From a virus (Duplodnaviria > Caudoviricetes): a stretch of 58,848 nt of DNA. Of the stretch, positions 28,549-41,000 are shown piece after piece. Location of the stretch: the IMG/VR virus record IMGVR_UViG_3300045974_000247, positions 1 to 58,848 of that record. One strand, 5' to 3'. Each line of letters opens with the position of its first letter. The stretch's first letter is position 1. The position numbers and the translations under genes are program-made. Below the pieces are notes generated by a model, which was not told the DNA's origin, made no database searches, and saw nothing but the letters and a program-made list of their open reading frames with translations.

Positions 28549-29289
28549 ATGTACATGTTCGGCGCAGGCAACGTCTACCTCACTCCCCAGGTGGGAGCGG
28601 GGGTGGTGGCAACCCCGCAGAAGGTCGGCACGCTCCAGGAAGTGTCGTTCGACATCTCCTTCGAGTCCAAGGAGCTGTACGGCAACAAGCAGTTCCCGGT
28701 CATGGTCGCCCGGGGCAAGGGCAAGATCAGCGGCAAGGCCAAGACGGGCGAGTTCAAGGGCGCGCTCATCCTCTCCCTCCTCTCCGGCGCCACCCAGGCC
28801 ACGGGGCGCAAGGTGGGCGCGTCGGAAGTGGGCGTGGTGCCCTCTCCGAGCGGCCCGTACACCATCAGCACGGCGCACTCGGCCAACTTCTCGGAGGACC
28901 TGGGCGTCATCGACTCCGCCACGGGGCTCTCCCTGACGCACGTGGCGAGCGGGCCGACCACCGGGCAGTACAGCGTGACGGCGGGGGTCTACACCTTCGC
29001 TGCCGCCGATGCCGGGCACTCCGTGCAGATCAACTACGCCTGGACCGATGCCTCGACCGGCAAGACCATCAGCTACAGCAACCAGTTGATGGGCGCGCAG
29101 TCCATCTACACGCTCGGCCTGTACAACACCAACCCGGACGGCTCGCTGTTCGGCATCAAGTTCAAGAACGTCGTCATCCCGAAGCTCGCGCTGGGGTTCA
29201 AGTCGGACGACTTCACCATGCCCGACCTCGACCTGTCGGCCTTCGCGGGCACGGACGACAGCATCCTGGAAGCGTACACGCCGGAGTAG
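28549..29289 (+). CDS. Major tail tube protein
   Basis: FGAG, G.LQEVS.D.S...KELYG..QFP..VARGK, K.DDF..P. Confidence 0.82.
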   Translation: MYMFGAGNVYLTPQVGAGVVATPQKVGTLQEVSFDISFESKELYGNKQFPVMVARGKGKISGKAKTGEFKGALILSLLSGATQATGRKVGASEVGVVPSPSGPYTISTAHSANFSEDLGVIDSATGLSLTHVASGPTTGQYSVTAGVYTFAAADAGHSVQINYAWTDASTGKTISYSNQLMGAQSIYTLGLYNTNPDGSLFGIKFKNVVIPKLALGFKSDDFTMPDLDLSAFAGTDDSILEAYTPE

Positions 29290-29319
29290 TCCAACCTGTA
29301 ACGCACTGGGGGCGTTCAC

Positions 29320-29655
29320 ATGGCGATTCTCGATGGAGTGCGGGTCAAGCTGGGGGGCGCGGAGTACATTGTCCCGCCCCTCAGCCTCCGCTCGCTGAAG
29401 AAGCTGGGGAAGAAGATTCAGGAGCTGTCCAACATCAACAGCGTGCCCACGGAAGAGCAGACCGATGCGTTGCTGGAGGTCATCCATGCCGCGCTCGTTC
29501 GCAACTACCCCGACATCACGCTGGACGACCTGGCGGACCTGGTGGACCTCGGCAACATGCTGGAGGTCTTCCCTGCCGTGCTGGCGGTGTCCGGCCTGAA
29601 GCAGAACGTCGTGCCGGGCGGTTCCCCGGGGGAAGCTCCAAGCCCGAGGAACTAG
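29320..29655 (+). CDS. Tail assembly chaperone (G)
   Basis: GG.EY.VPPL, AL.RNYPD.T, DLGN; lies between tube and tape measure. Confidence 0.8.
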   Translation: MAILDGVRVKLGGAEYIVPPLSLRSLKKLGKKIQELSNINSVPTEEQTDALLEVIHAALVRNYPDITLDDLADLVDLGNMLEVFPAVLAVSGLKQNVVPGGSPGEAPSPRN

Positions 29656-29909
29656 ACTGGGACACGCTGCTCGGGCTGCTGTGCTCAGGTCTCAAGAAGC
29701 TCCCCGACGAGGTGCTGGACGGGATGGACTTCGCCCAGGCGACGATGCTGTCGAAGTACTGGGCGAAGCACCCCCATATGCTCTTCGGAGCGGGGGTGGG
29801 CGGGGAGGGGAGGGTAGCAGAGTCGGTGGCGCAGGCGCAGCCGACTAAGTACGCAACGCAGGAGGAAGTCCAGCAGCTGCTCGGTCAGTACGGGCCCAGG
29901 AGGGCGTGA
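29628..29909 (+). CDS. Frameshifted chaperone extension (GT)
   Basis: GGGGGAA at 29628-29634; -1 frame open to 29909 (LDWDTLLGLL...YWAKHP). Confidence 0.7.
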   Translation, partial: GGSSKPEELDWDTLLGLLCSGLKKLPDEVLDGMDFAQATMLSKYWAKHPHMLFGAGVGGEGRVAESVAQAQPTKYATQEEVQQLLGQYGPRRA

Positions 29910-29910
29910 C

Positions 29911-32900
29911 GTGGCGAATGACCTACAGGTAACCATCTCTGCCAGCGTCAAGGGGCTCATCGACGGGCTTCAGCAGGCTTCATCTGCCGTCAAGGAGAAC
30001 ACGGCGGTCATGGAGGGGACGTTCCACCATCTCGTTGAGACGGTGGAGAAGCTCAAGGCCCCGTTCATGACCATGGCCGCCGTGGTGGGCGGTGGCGCGC
30101 TGTTCAAGGAAGCCATCAGCGAGGCGAACAACTTCACCGGGGAGGTCTTCCGGCTCTCCCGCGCGCTGGGCGTGTCCACGGAGGAGGCATCGGGCCTCAA
30201 GGTTGCCATCGGCAAGCTCGGCATCGACTCCGACACGTACATCACGGCGGTGTACAAGCTCCAGATGGCGCTGAGGACCAACGAGGCAGCACTCAACGCC
30301 AACGGGGTTGCGACACGCAACGCCAAGAACGAGCACCTGGCCATCCAGGACGTGATGCAGAACGGTCTGGGGCGCATCAAGCAGCTCAAGTCGGGCTACG
30401 ATGCGAACGCGCTCAGCCAGTTGATGTTCGGGCGCGGCGCCAAGGAGATGGCTCAGCTCCAACTCCTCACCAACGAGCGGTTGGCGGACGGTGCGGAGGA
30501 AGCCCGACACCTGGGCTTGGTCGTGACGCAGGATGGCGTGCTCTCCATGCGCGCCTACAAGGACGCAGTCCACGACGTCCACGAGGTGTTCGAAGCACTT
30601 CAGATCAAGCTCGGGCAAGCGGTCCTCCCGCTCCTGACCAAGCTCGCCCACCTGTTCAGCTCGATGGGCGGGGCCATCGTGAGCGGCATCGGGGCTGCGC
30701 TCAAGGGCCTGTTTGAAATCCTGGGCTACACGTCCATCCAGCTGTCCATCCTGGCGGCGGTGCTCTACGGGCCCCTCAAGGCAGCGTTCGTGGCGGGCTC
30801 CACGGCGGTGCTGGCCTTCGTGGCGTCGCTCCAGAAGCAGTACTCGCTGGCCCTCGCCACGGCCATGATGCAGACCAACAACCTCGCTGCGACCTTCGGG
30901 CTGTCGGCCAAGGAGGCAGCGAAGATGGGTCTGGCTGTCGGCCCTTCGCTCGGGAACCGTCTCACGGCGCTCGGGAGCGTCGTGGGGTCGATGATCAACC
31001 CCCTGACGCTGGTGATTGCGGCGCTCGTGGGCGGGGCCTTCGCGCTGGAGCGGTTCATGAGCTCCAACACGCGCGCGGCTAAGGAGGCTGCGGAGGCGTC
31101 ACGGGCCTTCAAGTCCCAGACCACGGAGTACATGACGCTGGCGGAAGAGGCCAAGCGCCTCGATGCCATCACGGTCAAGAACGGGTACTCCACGAGCCAG
31201 GTTGAGCTGGCCCAGAAGAAGCTCCACATCGTCCTGGAGCAGCTCAACAACATGTACCCGGGCTTCAACAAGCTCCTGGAGGGGGAGGACGGGCATCACC
31301 GGAGCATCACCGAGGCTCTCAAGCTCCAGACGGCTGAGCTGGAGAAGCAGGCCAAGTCCAAGCTCGACTCGGCCACCGCTGAGATGAAGCGGCTGGAGCG
31401 CGCCCAGGATGCGTACGATGCTGAGAAGGCCCAGCGCGAGGCGCTGGAGAAGCCCGTCACGACCCCCTCCACGGCGGGGCTCTCCGCGCTCACCGCCCAG
31501 GAGCAGTCGGCGGCACTCGGGGCGCAGCTCCTCCACGGGTGGCTCGCCAAGGGTGTCAACGCGATGTCGGCCTGGCGCAACACCGACGTGTCCAACGCGC
31601 TCAAGGAGCAGCGTCAGGCCGTGCTCGACCTCACCACCTCCTACCAGTCTCTGCTCGGAGAGGTGGGCAAGCCTGCGGCGAGCTTCGTGGACGCGGTGGG
31701 AACGGGTCGGTTCAAGACCTGGGAGAAGGAGCTGGAGCAGATCAAGGGCGCAGAGGAGAACTGGTTCAGCTGGGACGTGGACCGCGAGTCGAGCTTCTGG
31801 CAGGCGAAGCTCGCCATGTCCCAGAAGGGCTCCGGGGAGTACGAGGCCACGCTGGTCAAGGTCAACGCGCTCCGGAAGGCGACGCAGCTCAAGGAGCACG
31901 AGGAGCAGCTCCAGGCGCTCGGCCTGCAGCTGGACGCGGCCAAGTATGACGGACAGCGGCGCATCGACCTTGCCAACCAGATGGTCCAGGAGGAGGTGCG
32001 GCTGCACAAGGAGGGCTCCAAGGAGGTCATCGCGGCGCAGCGCAAGGCGGCAGAGGTACAGCGCGAGGTCCAGCGCGACCTGCTCGCGTCGTGGCGGTCC
32101 TATCACCAGGGGAAGCGCGACCTGGAGATGGACGCGCTGAAGGTGTATGAGGACGACCTCGCCTTCCAGGTCGAGATGGGGGAGCTGACCACGGGCCAGA
32201 TGCTGGAGATGACTCGAGCCAGCCTCGACCGGAAGTATGAGCTGGAGCGCCAGGGCAACGCTGAGGCACTCGCCAACGAGGAGCTGACGATGGATCAACG
32301 TCGGAAGCTCCTCAACAAGGGTGAGCGCGACTACCAGCAGTACCTGATCGCCGTCCACAAGCTCAACCAGGCCATGGCCGCGAACCAGATGGCCGTGGCG
32401 ATGGAGTTCATCAACCCCTTCGTTAGCGCGTTTCAGTCGGGCCTCCAGAAGATGCTGCGCGGGCAGATCAGCTTCGCCAAGGCTGTCTCGGGCATCTGGT
32501 CCATCACCTTCGACGCCATCACCCAAGGGGTGAGCCAGCTCGTGGCCGACTGGGTCAAGGCGGGGCTCAAGATGCTGTCCTCGTGGATCAGCACGAAGAT
32601 GGCCGAGCTTGGCATCGCCAACGCGGTGGAGGGGGGCAAGGCAAGCGCGGCGGTGGCGGGCGCAACCGTGGCGGGCGCAGCGGACTTCGCACTGTTGGAG
32701 GAGCAGCTTGCCGCAGCGGAGGTGCGCTCTGTAGCTGCGACCGGACAGATTGTTACCAACGCTGCCGTGGCCGGGTCGGGAGCGGCAGCAAGCGCCTCCT
32801 CCACCCCCGGCATCGGCTGGATTCTCGCCATCCCCGCGATGGTCGCTGTCGTGGCCGGGGTCATGGCGCTCCGCTCGATGGTCGGCTCGGCCGCAGGCGG

Positions 32901-33159
32901 CTGGGACATCGGCAACGAGAACCCCATGGGCCAGCTCCACGCCAAGGAGATGGTCCTGCCCGCGCGGTACGCGGAAGGGTTCCGGCAGATCATTAACAAC
33001 CACGGCAACGTGGAGGGTTCCTCCGGCGGGGGCCCGACCGTGATCAACATCCACGCGACAGACTCCGTAGGCATCGACCGGGTTCTGCAGAACCGTAAGG
33101 CGACCATCATCAAGATTGTCGAAGAGGCGTGGCGCAATGGGCGCTACCGCAAGGCGTAG
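29911..33159 (+). CDS. Tape measure protein
   Basis: 1082-aa helical Ala-rich protein with hydrophobic segments; C-terminal SAAGG.D...LHAKEMVLPA. Confidence 0.9.
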   Translation: MANDLQVTISASVKGLIDGLQQASSAVKENTAVMEGTFHHLVETVEKLKAPFMTMAAVVGGGALFKEAISEANNFTGEVFRLSRALGVSTEEASGLKVAIGKLGIDSDTYITAVYKLQMALRTNEAALNANGVATRNAKNEHLAIQDVMQNGLGRIKQLKSGYDANALSQLMFGRGAKEMAQLQLLTNERLADGAEEARHLGLVVTQDGVLSMRAYKDAVHDVHEVFEALQIKLGQAVLPLLTKLAHLFSSMGGAIVSGIGAALKGLFEILGYTSIQLSILAAVLYGPLKAAFVAGSTAVLAFVASLQKQYSLALATAMMQTNNLAATFGLSAKEAAKMGLAVGPSLGNRLTALGSVVGSMINPLTLVIAALVGGAFALERFMSSNTRAAKEAAEASRAFKSQTTEYMTLAEEAKRLDAITVKNGYSTSQVELAQKKLHIVLEQLNNMYPGFNKLLEGEDGHHRSITEALKLQTAELEKQAKSKLDSATAEMKRLERAQDAYDAEKAQREALEKPVTTPSTAGLSALTAQEQSAALGAQLLHGWLAKGVNAMSAWRNTDVSNALKEQRQAVLDLTTSYQSLLGEVGKPAASFVDAVGTGRFKTWEKELEQIKGAEENWFSWDVDRESSFWQAKLAMSQKGSGEYEATLVKVNALRKATQLKEHEEQLQALGLQLDAAKYDGQRRIDLANQMVQEEVRLHKEGSKEVIAAQRKAAEVQREVQRDLLASWRSYHQGKRDLEMDALKVYEDDLAFQVEMGELTTGQMLEMTRASLDRKYELERQGNAEALANEELTMDQRRKLLNKGERDYQQYLIAVHKLNQAMAANQMAVAMEFINPFVSAFQSGLQKMLRGQISFAKAVSGIWSITFDAITQGVSQLVADWVKAGLKMLSSWISTKMAELGIANAVEGGKASAAVAGATVAGAADFALLEEQLAAAEVRSVAATGQIVTNAAVAGSGAAASASSTPGIGWILAIPAMVAVVAGVMALRSMVGSAAGGWDIGNENPMGQLHAKEMVLPARYAEGFRQIINNHGNVEGSSGGGPTVINIHATDSVGIDRVLQNRKATIIKIVEEAWRNGRYRKA

Positions 33160-33181
33160 TACACCACCAGGAGGCAGTGCA

Positions 33182-33943
33182 ATGAACCAGGAGCTGGAGG
33201 CGAAGTCGAGGACGTGGCGCAACATGGGCATCGGGGCCACGGTCGTGGCGGTCGTGGCGGCGGCATTCGCTGCGTTCTCGTTCCACAAGGCAGCGGTCTA
33301 CCACGAGCAGGCGATGGAGGTGTCTCGCCCGGGTGACGGCGTGGACGCGCAGGTCAAGACCGCCCCCAAGGGCGCAGTGTCCGGGCACGAGGCTGGCCAG
33401 TGGCTCGTCCAGGTCGTGCGCGATGGCAAGGTCATCAGCGAGGAGGTGGCGCAGAACTTCCTGGCGGACGAGGGGGAGGCAGACCTTCTCGCGTGCTTCT
33501 ACCAGAGCGCGACCGCTTCCACGGGCAATCCCGGGTGCCCCACGGGCGGGTTCACGGGCGGACTCCTCTCCACCACTGCTACTCCGGCGGAGAACTCCAC
33601 CTGGGCGTCCCTCTCTGCGACGGAACTCGTGACGGGCACTTCAGCGGGCTACGCCAGCTGGACCATCGCGCGAGCGAACACGGGTTGGTTCGGCACGTCT
33701 TCAGGGACCGCCCCCACGACCGTGGCGAGCGGCACGGGAGGCTGCACGGAAACCTCGTGCGCCCAGGTGAGCACGGCGCAGACCACCATCACCGCGTCCG
33801 GGAACTGGACGGTGGGCGCGCGCTACATCGTCATCCGGGGGACCACGGGCAATCGGCTCATCTCGGTGGCCCAGCTCTCGGCAGACCGCACGCTGCAGAG
33901 CGGAGACCAGCTGAACCTGACGTACCGCCAGGCGATGCAGTAG
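33182..33943 (+). CDS. Putative virion protein with N-terminal hydrophobic segment
   Basis: N...EGE, GYA...I.R, RTL.SGD.L..TY tail-associated pattern. Confidence 0.6.
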   Translation: MNQELEAKSRTWRNMGIGATVVAVVAAAFAAFSFHKAAVYHEQAMEVSRPGDGVDAQVKTAPKGAVSGHEAGQWLVQVVRDGKVISEEVAQNFLADEGEADLLACFYQSATASTGNPGCPTGGFTGGLLSTTATPAENSTWASLSATELVTGTSAGYASWTIARANTGWFGTSSGTAPTTVASGTGGCTETSCAQVSTAQTTITASGNWTVGARYIVIRGTTGNRLISVAQLSADRTLQSGDQLNLTYRQAMQ

Positions 33944-33974
33944 CTGCTCTGCTTCTGTCCTCTGGGGGTGGTCT

Positions 33975-35033
33975 ATGGCGACGCTGCGCTTCCATACCTT
34001 GTTCTGTATGGACGAGGAACGTGGTGACCTAGACATGCAGCGGCGTGTATGGGCGGGAGAGGGCAATCCGATGCTGGAGGCCCTCCCCCGCTACTCGCGC
34101 TTGAACACCAACTGCTTTGGGAAGCACTCCCACGCCACGGCCCCCGCCTACGCCAGCGCAGACCCGGGAGCGGGGTACATCGACAGCGGCATCAAGAACG
34201 CAAAGCCCCTCACGAGCGCGATGCTCTCCACCACCCCCACGGTGACGTACACGCACAACGAGGGGGCGCATGAGCGCGCTAGCGTGTTCGTGTTCCAGGT
34301 AGGTCTTACCGCTGCTCAGGCAGCGACCATCTCGTCAGCGGTGCTCTACTGCGCTCTGGCGAGTCAGGGAGTCAATCAGTTTGCGGGTAGGTTGCCCATG
34401 CCTCACAAGGACGGCACCTACAAGTGGGCTTGGAAGATTTATGGGGTCGCGGAGGATGACTTCCACCCGGAGCGCGAGACACAGCCGAACGGGTACGACT
34501 GGACGATGATGACGGAGGCGTACCACCACATTCCGTACAAGTGCTTTGCAGGGCAGAAAGACCCCAACCTGTCCGGACTCAACGGGAGGTTTTACCTGGC
34601 GGATTCGCTTGCTTGCTACCGCGAACACACGGTAGCGGTGACGGCCTGGGAGTGGCCCTTCAGCTTGACCGCACCTGGGTTTGCTACGCAGGGTTCTGCG
34701 GCTGTGCCCCCTCCCGGGGGGACCACCACGGCTCCGTGGACGAGCCCCGACATCACAGAGATCATCAAGGAAATCTGCGGCAGACCGGGGTGGGTCGCTG
34801 GGAACCGGATTGCGCTGGTGTTCGCTCCCGATGGAATCTGGAATGACATGAGCGATACAATGATTGCCGTGAGCAACCAGGACTACCCGTCAGACCCTAA
34901 CCCCGCGCTTGCTGCCCAGTACTTGGCCGAGCTTGTACCGCTAGGCTTCAACCACGACTACTTCGTCAACGCAGGAACAGATCAACCTCAGTTTCAGATG
35001 GCGCAGGTTGAACTCAGGATCACGGTGCCCTAA
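33975..35033 (+). CDS. Putative virion protein (DNRLRE-like beta domain)
   Basis: ATISSA.L and SPDIT.IIKEI..RPGW..GN.I motifs. Confidence 0.55.
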   Translation: MATLRFHTLFCMDEERGDLDMQRRVWAGEGNPMLEALPRYSRLNTNCFGKHSHATAPAYASADPGAGYIDSGIKNAKPLTSAMLSTTPTVTYTHNEGAHERASVFVFQVGLTAAQAATISSAVLYCALASQGVNQFAGRLPMPHKDGTYKWAWKIYGVAEDDFHPERETQPNGYDWTMMTEAYHHIPYKCFAGQKDPNLSGLNGRFYLADSLACYREHTVAVTAWEWPFSLTAPGFATQGSAAVPPPGGTTTAPWTSPDITEIIKEICGRPGWVAGNRIALVFAPDGIWNDMSDTMIAVSNQDYPSDPNPALAAQYLAELVPLGFNHDYFVNAGTDQPQFQMAQVELRITVP

Positions 35034-38000
35034 TGGCTGGCTCATTCATCGGCGCAGGCGCAACGGTCACAGGGGCAGGGGTCACCTCGTTGTCGGTTCC
35101 GGTCCCTTCCGGCAACTCCGGTGACCTGCTCTACCTGCAAACGTCTTTGAGCGTGGCCAGCACCCCGGCGGGCTGGACGGTGGTTGTCGCGGGGCAGCTG
35201 TACCGCAAGACGGCTACAGCAGCGTCTGAGGGCAACGTCGCGCTGGCCACGTTGGACGGTGACTACTTCGGGGGGGAGGACTGGACTGTTTACAACTCCA
35301 GCGCGCGCGTCACACGCTGGCGCGGCATCGACGCTGCTCCGCTGGGGTCACAGATTCAGCTTGTGGCGCAGACCGTTGACATCGTGTTCACCTTCACGCA
35401 GTTGGCGGCAGGAAGGGCCGTCCTCGTCTTCTTTAACACGCCCTGGGACTCCATAACTCCGGGGACGACGTGCTCGGGCAAGTACAATGGCGTCGCTTTC
35501 GAGGGCTCGGTTGCCCTAGCTGGTAGCACGATTTCCAAGGCGGGCGCGGCGTACACGTTGTCGTGCGCTGCAGGCACGAGCAGTAACCAGTTGCGGCTGT
35601 CCGCCAACGGGGACACTTACGCGACCATCGTGTGGCACAACGTTCCTGCGGGCTCCTCGACTTACACGCACGAGGGGGCGGACGCGGGAGTGGCCCAGGA
35701 TGCGGTGGCTGACAGCATTCACCAGGCGGTGACCACCGAGGTCGTCACTGATGTTGCGGTTGTGAAGGAGTCTGAGACTGACACCGCGCCGCAGCACGCG
35801 GGGCTCGTCAGCTACAACGTGAAGGCGGGGAATGGTGTCTTGGAGTATGCGACGCTCCCGTCAGGGCTCCAGGCTGGCGACGTTGTCATAGCCATCGACC
35901 CGGGTGTACTGATGGCGGGGGCGTTCTCTGGTTGGTCGCAGGCGACTTGCTCGCCTACTTCTGGGAATGGTTCGTACTTCCAATGGCGCAGGTACACGGG
36001 GGTTGGCGAGGAGCGCATCTATGCGAACGTCCCGTCTGGGCAGCAGTTGATTCAAATTGCCCTCCGGGGCGTGCCGTTGACGGGGACGATTGTATCGGGC
36101 AGCACTCAGCGAGTTGGAGGTGTCGGGGCTAGCGGTAGCGTGGCGGGGTTTCTCGTCAAGTCAGGGGCTCCCCTCATCGCGTTCCTCTCCGACTACAAGA
36201 GCAGCAACGTCACGCTCCCGCCGACTCCCACGGGCCCGGTCACTACCAAAATCGCGGAGGGCATCGGGTCGGTAGGACAGTACTCCTGGAGCTTGTATCT
36301 CGACTTTGCCTCTGCGACTGGTGTGGTTGGGGCAGAGTCCTACTCCGGAACGTCCAGCAATCTCAACCTGAGGTACATCGGGTTGGTGATGGCGGCGGAT
36401 AGCTACTCTGACGCAGCTACGGACACGAGCGTTGCCGCTGATGCGGTCGCGGACACCTTCCACGACGTCAACGTGTCGGAGGTCGTGGCCGACGTTGCGC
36501 AGGCCAAGGAGGCCCCGCCCGCAGACCCGGAGCGCGACCACGTCCCCGGTCCTCTTTCGGAGGTCGTTACCGGCGCAGCCACTGCCCCAGGCGTCGTGGT
36601 GACGCAGGCTCCGGCGGTACAGCTTGACCCTCTCGTCGGCTGCTACGGTGGCGGCGACGCCTACTCTGGCGAGGTGAAGGGCAAGTTCACGTCGCCCACG
36701 GACGGGTACATTGGGCGTAGGCGGCAGCTCGGCAAGGCTGTCTCTCCGGACGCGCGCGGGGACCGCGCGTTGTTCTTCGTGCCGCGCGCGCAGGTGCCCA
36801 AGGATGGCAGCGGGACCGTAGGGCGCGCCACGCTCATCCTGACCCCGGTGACGGTGGGCACCTACGATGCCAGTGACCCGGTGGCGGGGACGCTCGCCAA
36901 GGTGCAGGCGGCTCCTGCTTCGTTGAATCCCAACACCTGTACGCTGGAGGACGTGCTCAGCGCCGCGCTCTCCGGGGACTATGGGACGTTCGCCATGCGA
37001 GCCCTCTGGTCCGATGGCGACCCCGTGGTGACGCGGGTCGGCCCCGGTGTGACTGGTAGTGTTGGTCCGGTCTGGCTGTGCGGTGGACGCGGATACTTCA
37101 CGACGCTCAAGGCACGCCCGCAGAACCCGTGGGAGATCAACCTGACCTCCCTGGTCAACGCGCGTGTCGCAGCAGGACAGGACATCGCGGCGGTGCTCGA
37201 CTTCTCCCCCAGCGGGCGCGCAGACACGAAGGTCGTGGCTGAGTTCTACGGACAGGCCGTGCCCGAGCTGCGCCCCCGGTTGGAGGTGGACCCCTTCGGT
37301 GCCAGCGACTTGGTGTTCTCCGACCTCGACACCTGCACCCCGACGTTGTCGGTGACGACTCCCGCCGGAGCTACGCTCAAGGAGATTGCCTGGGGGTATG
37401 ACTCCTCTTGCGAGCAGGGGTACACGACCGGCGTCACGAAGGTGGACCACTTCAAGGATTTCTCCCCGTATGAGTTCCCGATGCTGGAGACCTCTGCGCG
37501 GGTGTTCGTGAAGGTGACGCTGGACTACGGAGGCCCCGACCGCACGGTCACGTTTGAGCGCAGCTTCTTCACGCCCAAGTCGCATCGTCCGAAGATGCTG
37601 GCGAAGGACTCCACGGGGATTGGGCTGTCGGCTGCGCGTTCGTTGCACCCGTACATCAGCCACCCGGCGGGGGTGTCGACTCTGTGGGCGCAGCTCAACA
37701 GCGCTAGTTCGTTCACCATCTGGGGGCACACCAGTCAGCCCGTGACGATTGATGAGAACACGGGCGCGCGGGGCTACAACTTTGGCCAGAGTGCCGGCAG
37801 GGGTTCCATCGGAGGGGACTCTTGGCAGGACATTGGCGGCTGCTTCACGGACTGGGCAACGGCGGCGCACTACACGATGCTGTCGAACTTGCGGACGGCA
37901 GACAGTCGGTACAACGTCGTGCTCTACCGGACCACAGGGGCGTTCTCCTACGCCTGGAACATCTGGGACATGATCTACATTGGCCCAGACTTCAGCGTGG

Positions 38001-41000
38001 GTACGTCGGCTGACGTTGGCGTCGGGGGGTTGACCTTCGCGGCTCCGCTGGATGGGCGTCTGTTTGCGACTACGCGAGCGGAGGATTGGCGCAAGGGCGC
38101 GCCGTCCCCTTCCCTCACTTCGATGCTCGTGGCCTTCGTGGGCGACGGCAAGCTGTACGTCTACTCTTCGCGCAGCTATGATGCGAAGGGGTTTGCGCTG
38201 GCGGGTAACATCTGGACGCTGGAGATTGGTCCCACGGGCTCAGGGGCTGCGACTGTCGTTGACGTGAACCCCGACGCAGAGGTGGCCTTCCTCCACGGTC
38301 TCACGCGGGACCGGCAGCACCGGACCATCCTCGTGGCGCGCACCTCTAGCGGGAACTGCGTGCTGGGCTCGCGCACGGACGATGTCATCACGACCGCATC
38401 GGACGGTTCCGCGCCCACGACGACTCCTGGAACGTGGACGACGCGCAGCGTGCCGAACTTCGCGCAGGCGTACATGGGGAGCCCCGGCATCAAGTTGACT
38501 GGGGTGGCTGACGAGCCCGACTTTGAGACGGCCAGTCTCGTGCTGGTCAGGCCGGCAGCGCCCCACATGGAGTTCCTCCGCATCGACAGCCTCAACCCGG
38601 GTAAGCCCGATGGGCGCTCGTCTACGAACCTCAACACCTCGCACAGCAGTTCCGAAGCGGTCATGTGCAACCCCCCGCCGTGGGGTCCGTATGACGCGCC
38701 CAACACCATCTCGCCCAACACGCAGTGGTACGATGGTCGGTTGGTGGATGACTGGCCTGCCTGCACCCAGGTTATCATGCGAACTGCCCACGGCGGGGCG
38801 ATGGGCTTCGACCTCTCCGGGGGGAAGCTCCGCGCGCAGCGTATCTATGACCGTGCACGCCTGTCCGAGATCAGCAGCATCGACGCGCCTACGGGAGCGA
38901 CGACCATCCGCGTGATCTCTGAGCGCGCGCCTGAGGGCGCGGAAGTGGCGGTCATGGTCGGTGGGGGCGCGGGTGCCTGGGCGATGTTCACGGTCACGGC
39001 GGGCATGGACATCAGTCGCATCGACGCACCCACCCCCGACCTCAAGTGGCGCTTGACGACGGGCACGCTGGAGGCGGGCACCAACGTCGTGCTCCAGCAG
39101 GACTCAGGTCTTCGCGGGCTCACCAAGCTCCCCGGCTACAACACCTTCGGCGCAACGTGGCAGTGGGACTCCTGGAGCGCCGTGCCCGCAGGCCTGATGA
39201 ACCACGCGGGCACGGCCAAGGTGAAGGTTCTGGGCGGCAAGGGGCAGAGCGTGCGCCTCAAGATCACGAACACCTCGCTGGGAGGTGGCGCGTGGATTGA
39301 CGGCACGTTCTACCCGTATGGCTACGAACCGCACATCGGATACACCGGGTCGCCAGAGCTCATCGGTGGCTTGGAGTTCCCGATGATTCGGTGGCAGGCG
39401 TGGTACATCAGTCAGGACGGGGGCAAGACCTTTGACCGGTGCTACGCCACCCAGTGGATTCCTTGCGGAGAGTCGCCCAGCAACGGAGAGGTCATCATCC
39501 AGACGCCCACGCTCACGGGCGACGAGGTTTGGATTTGCAAGGAGGCGCCCAACGACTACGAAACGTGGCAGCTCAAGGTGACTGAGGTGCTGTCTCGCGC
39601 GGCCAACCCGCTCGATACTGCCTACCACAAGGTCAAGTGCGTCGCTTCCAATGGTGACCTGCTCTACTTGGGCAGCGACCCGGCCAAGATTGGCCAACCA
39701 GTCTCGCAGGTCGAGACTGATGGGGTGCGCAAGCTCGTGACGTGGGAGCCCAATCTACCGGGTAACGCCACGGGAGTTGGCTGCGACAACTGGAAGGGGA
39801 TGCTCATTGACTGGGAGTTTGCGGACGGGGGCAAGCCTCGCGCGGAGAAGTCCCTCATCGTCTGCTACGGTGACGACGATGCGTCGGAGCAAGGCCCCGG
39901 TCGCAACCTGTTGTTCATGATCGACTTCCTCTTGTCGGGGGCAGTGCGCGCTCGGTCGCTGCTCAAGAAGTTCTCATTCCTGTTCATCCCGATGTCGTCG
40001 CAGGCAGGCGTCAAGTATGGCCAGGCTCGCTTCGCGCTGGACGGCATAGGGAGCGGAGGCAGCTACGATCACGTCACCCCTGCACAGTGGGTCACGGGCA
40101 GTCAGTACCGCGTGTGGGGCGGGGGCTCGCGCATCGGTGAGTTCGTCATCACGGCGGCGCAGGAGGAGTGGCGCTCCTCCATGCCCGTGGAGCGACAGGC
40201 TGATGCAGTGTTTTGTGAAACGTCGTGGCACGCCGACACCCACAACCGCGATGCCGCAACTCCGTTGGTGCCTCCGTTCCTCGTGGTGGGGTTCCCTGGG
40301 TTTGCTACTCCTGAAGCAGGCGTGGCCGCGTTCAACACGCGCTACCTCCCCACCGTGTGGCCGGAGGTTCATGCAAGGCAGACAGGCTACTCCTCGCCCG
40401 TCACCCCGGGGTCAACGAACTTCACACTGGAGCTTCCTTGGAACGGTCCCAGCCCCAAGCTGACGTTCTGGGGTGCCGACGACTCCGCGAAGAACTGGGC
40501 AGCTGCGTTCCTCGATGGCATCAGCATCGCGGGTGGCGCGTTCGATGTCTACGATGAGACAGGCGAGGATGCCTCCATCGCCAGCGACGTGGTCAAGGAC
40601 CAGCTGATCTTCACGGAGGCCCCCGCTGGCGCCGCCAAGGGGCCTGCTACTGCGACCGACCAGGCCATTGGACGGGAGACTCCCGCTGAGCGGGTCGTTG
40701 CCCCGGACAGCAGCGTCGCTCAGATGCAGGCGGCTGAGGTCGCGGCTCAGGCGGCTCAGTCGCGCGAGCAGGCCAGCGCTGGTCTGTCGCTCACCGACGT
40801 GACTGCCGGCGGAGCGCAGGCCGGGGACGTTGCCGAGGCTCACCCCGCCTACACGGAAGCCCCTGCCGGCGGTGCACAGACCGGGGACTCCACGGGAGCC
40901 TCCCGGGTAGCCCCCGAAGCTCCCTCAGGGGCGGGGCAGGCCCCCGGAGCGGTCACGGGGGCCTTGACCGGAGTAGCGGCCCCCTCCGGCGCTGCACAGG

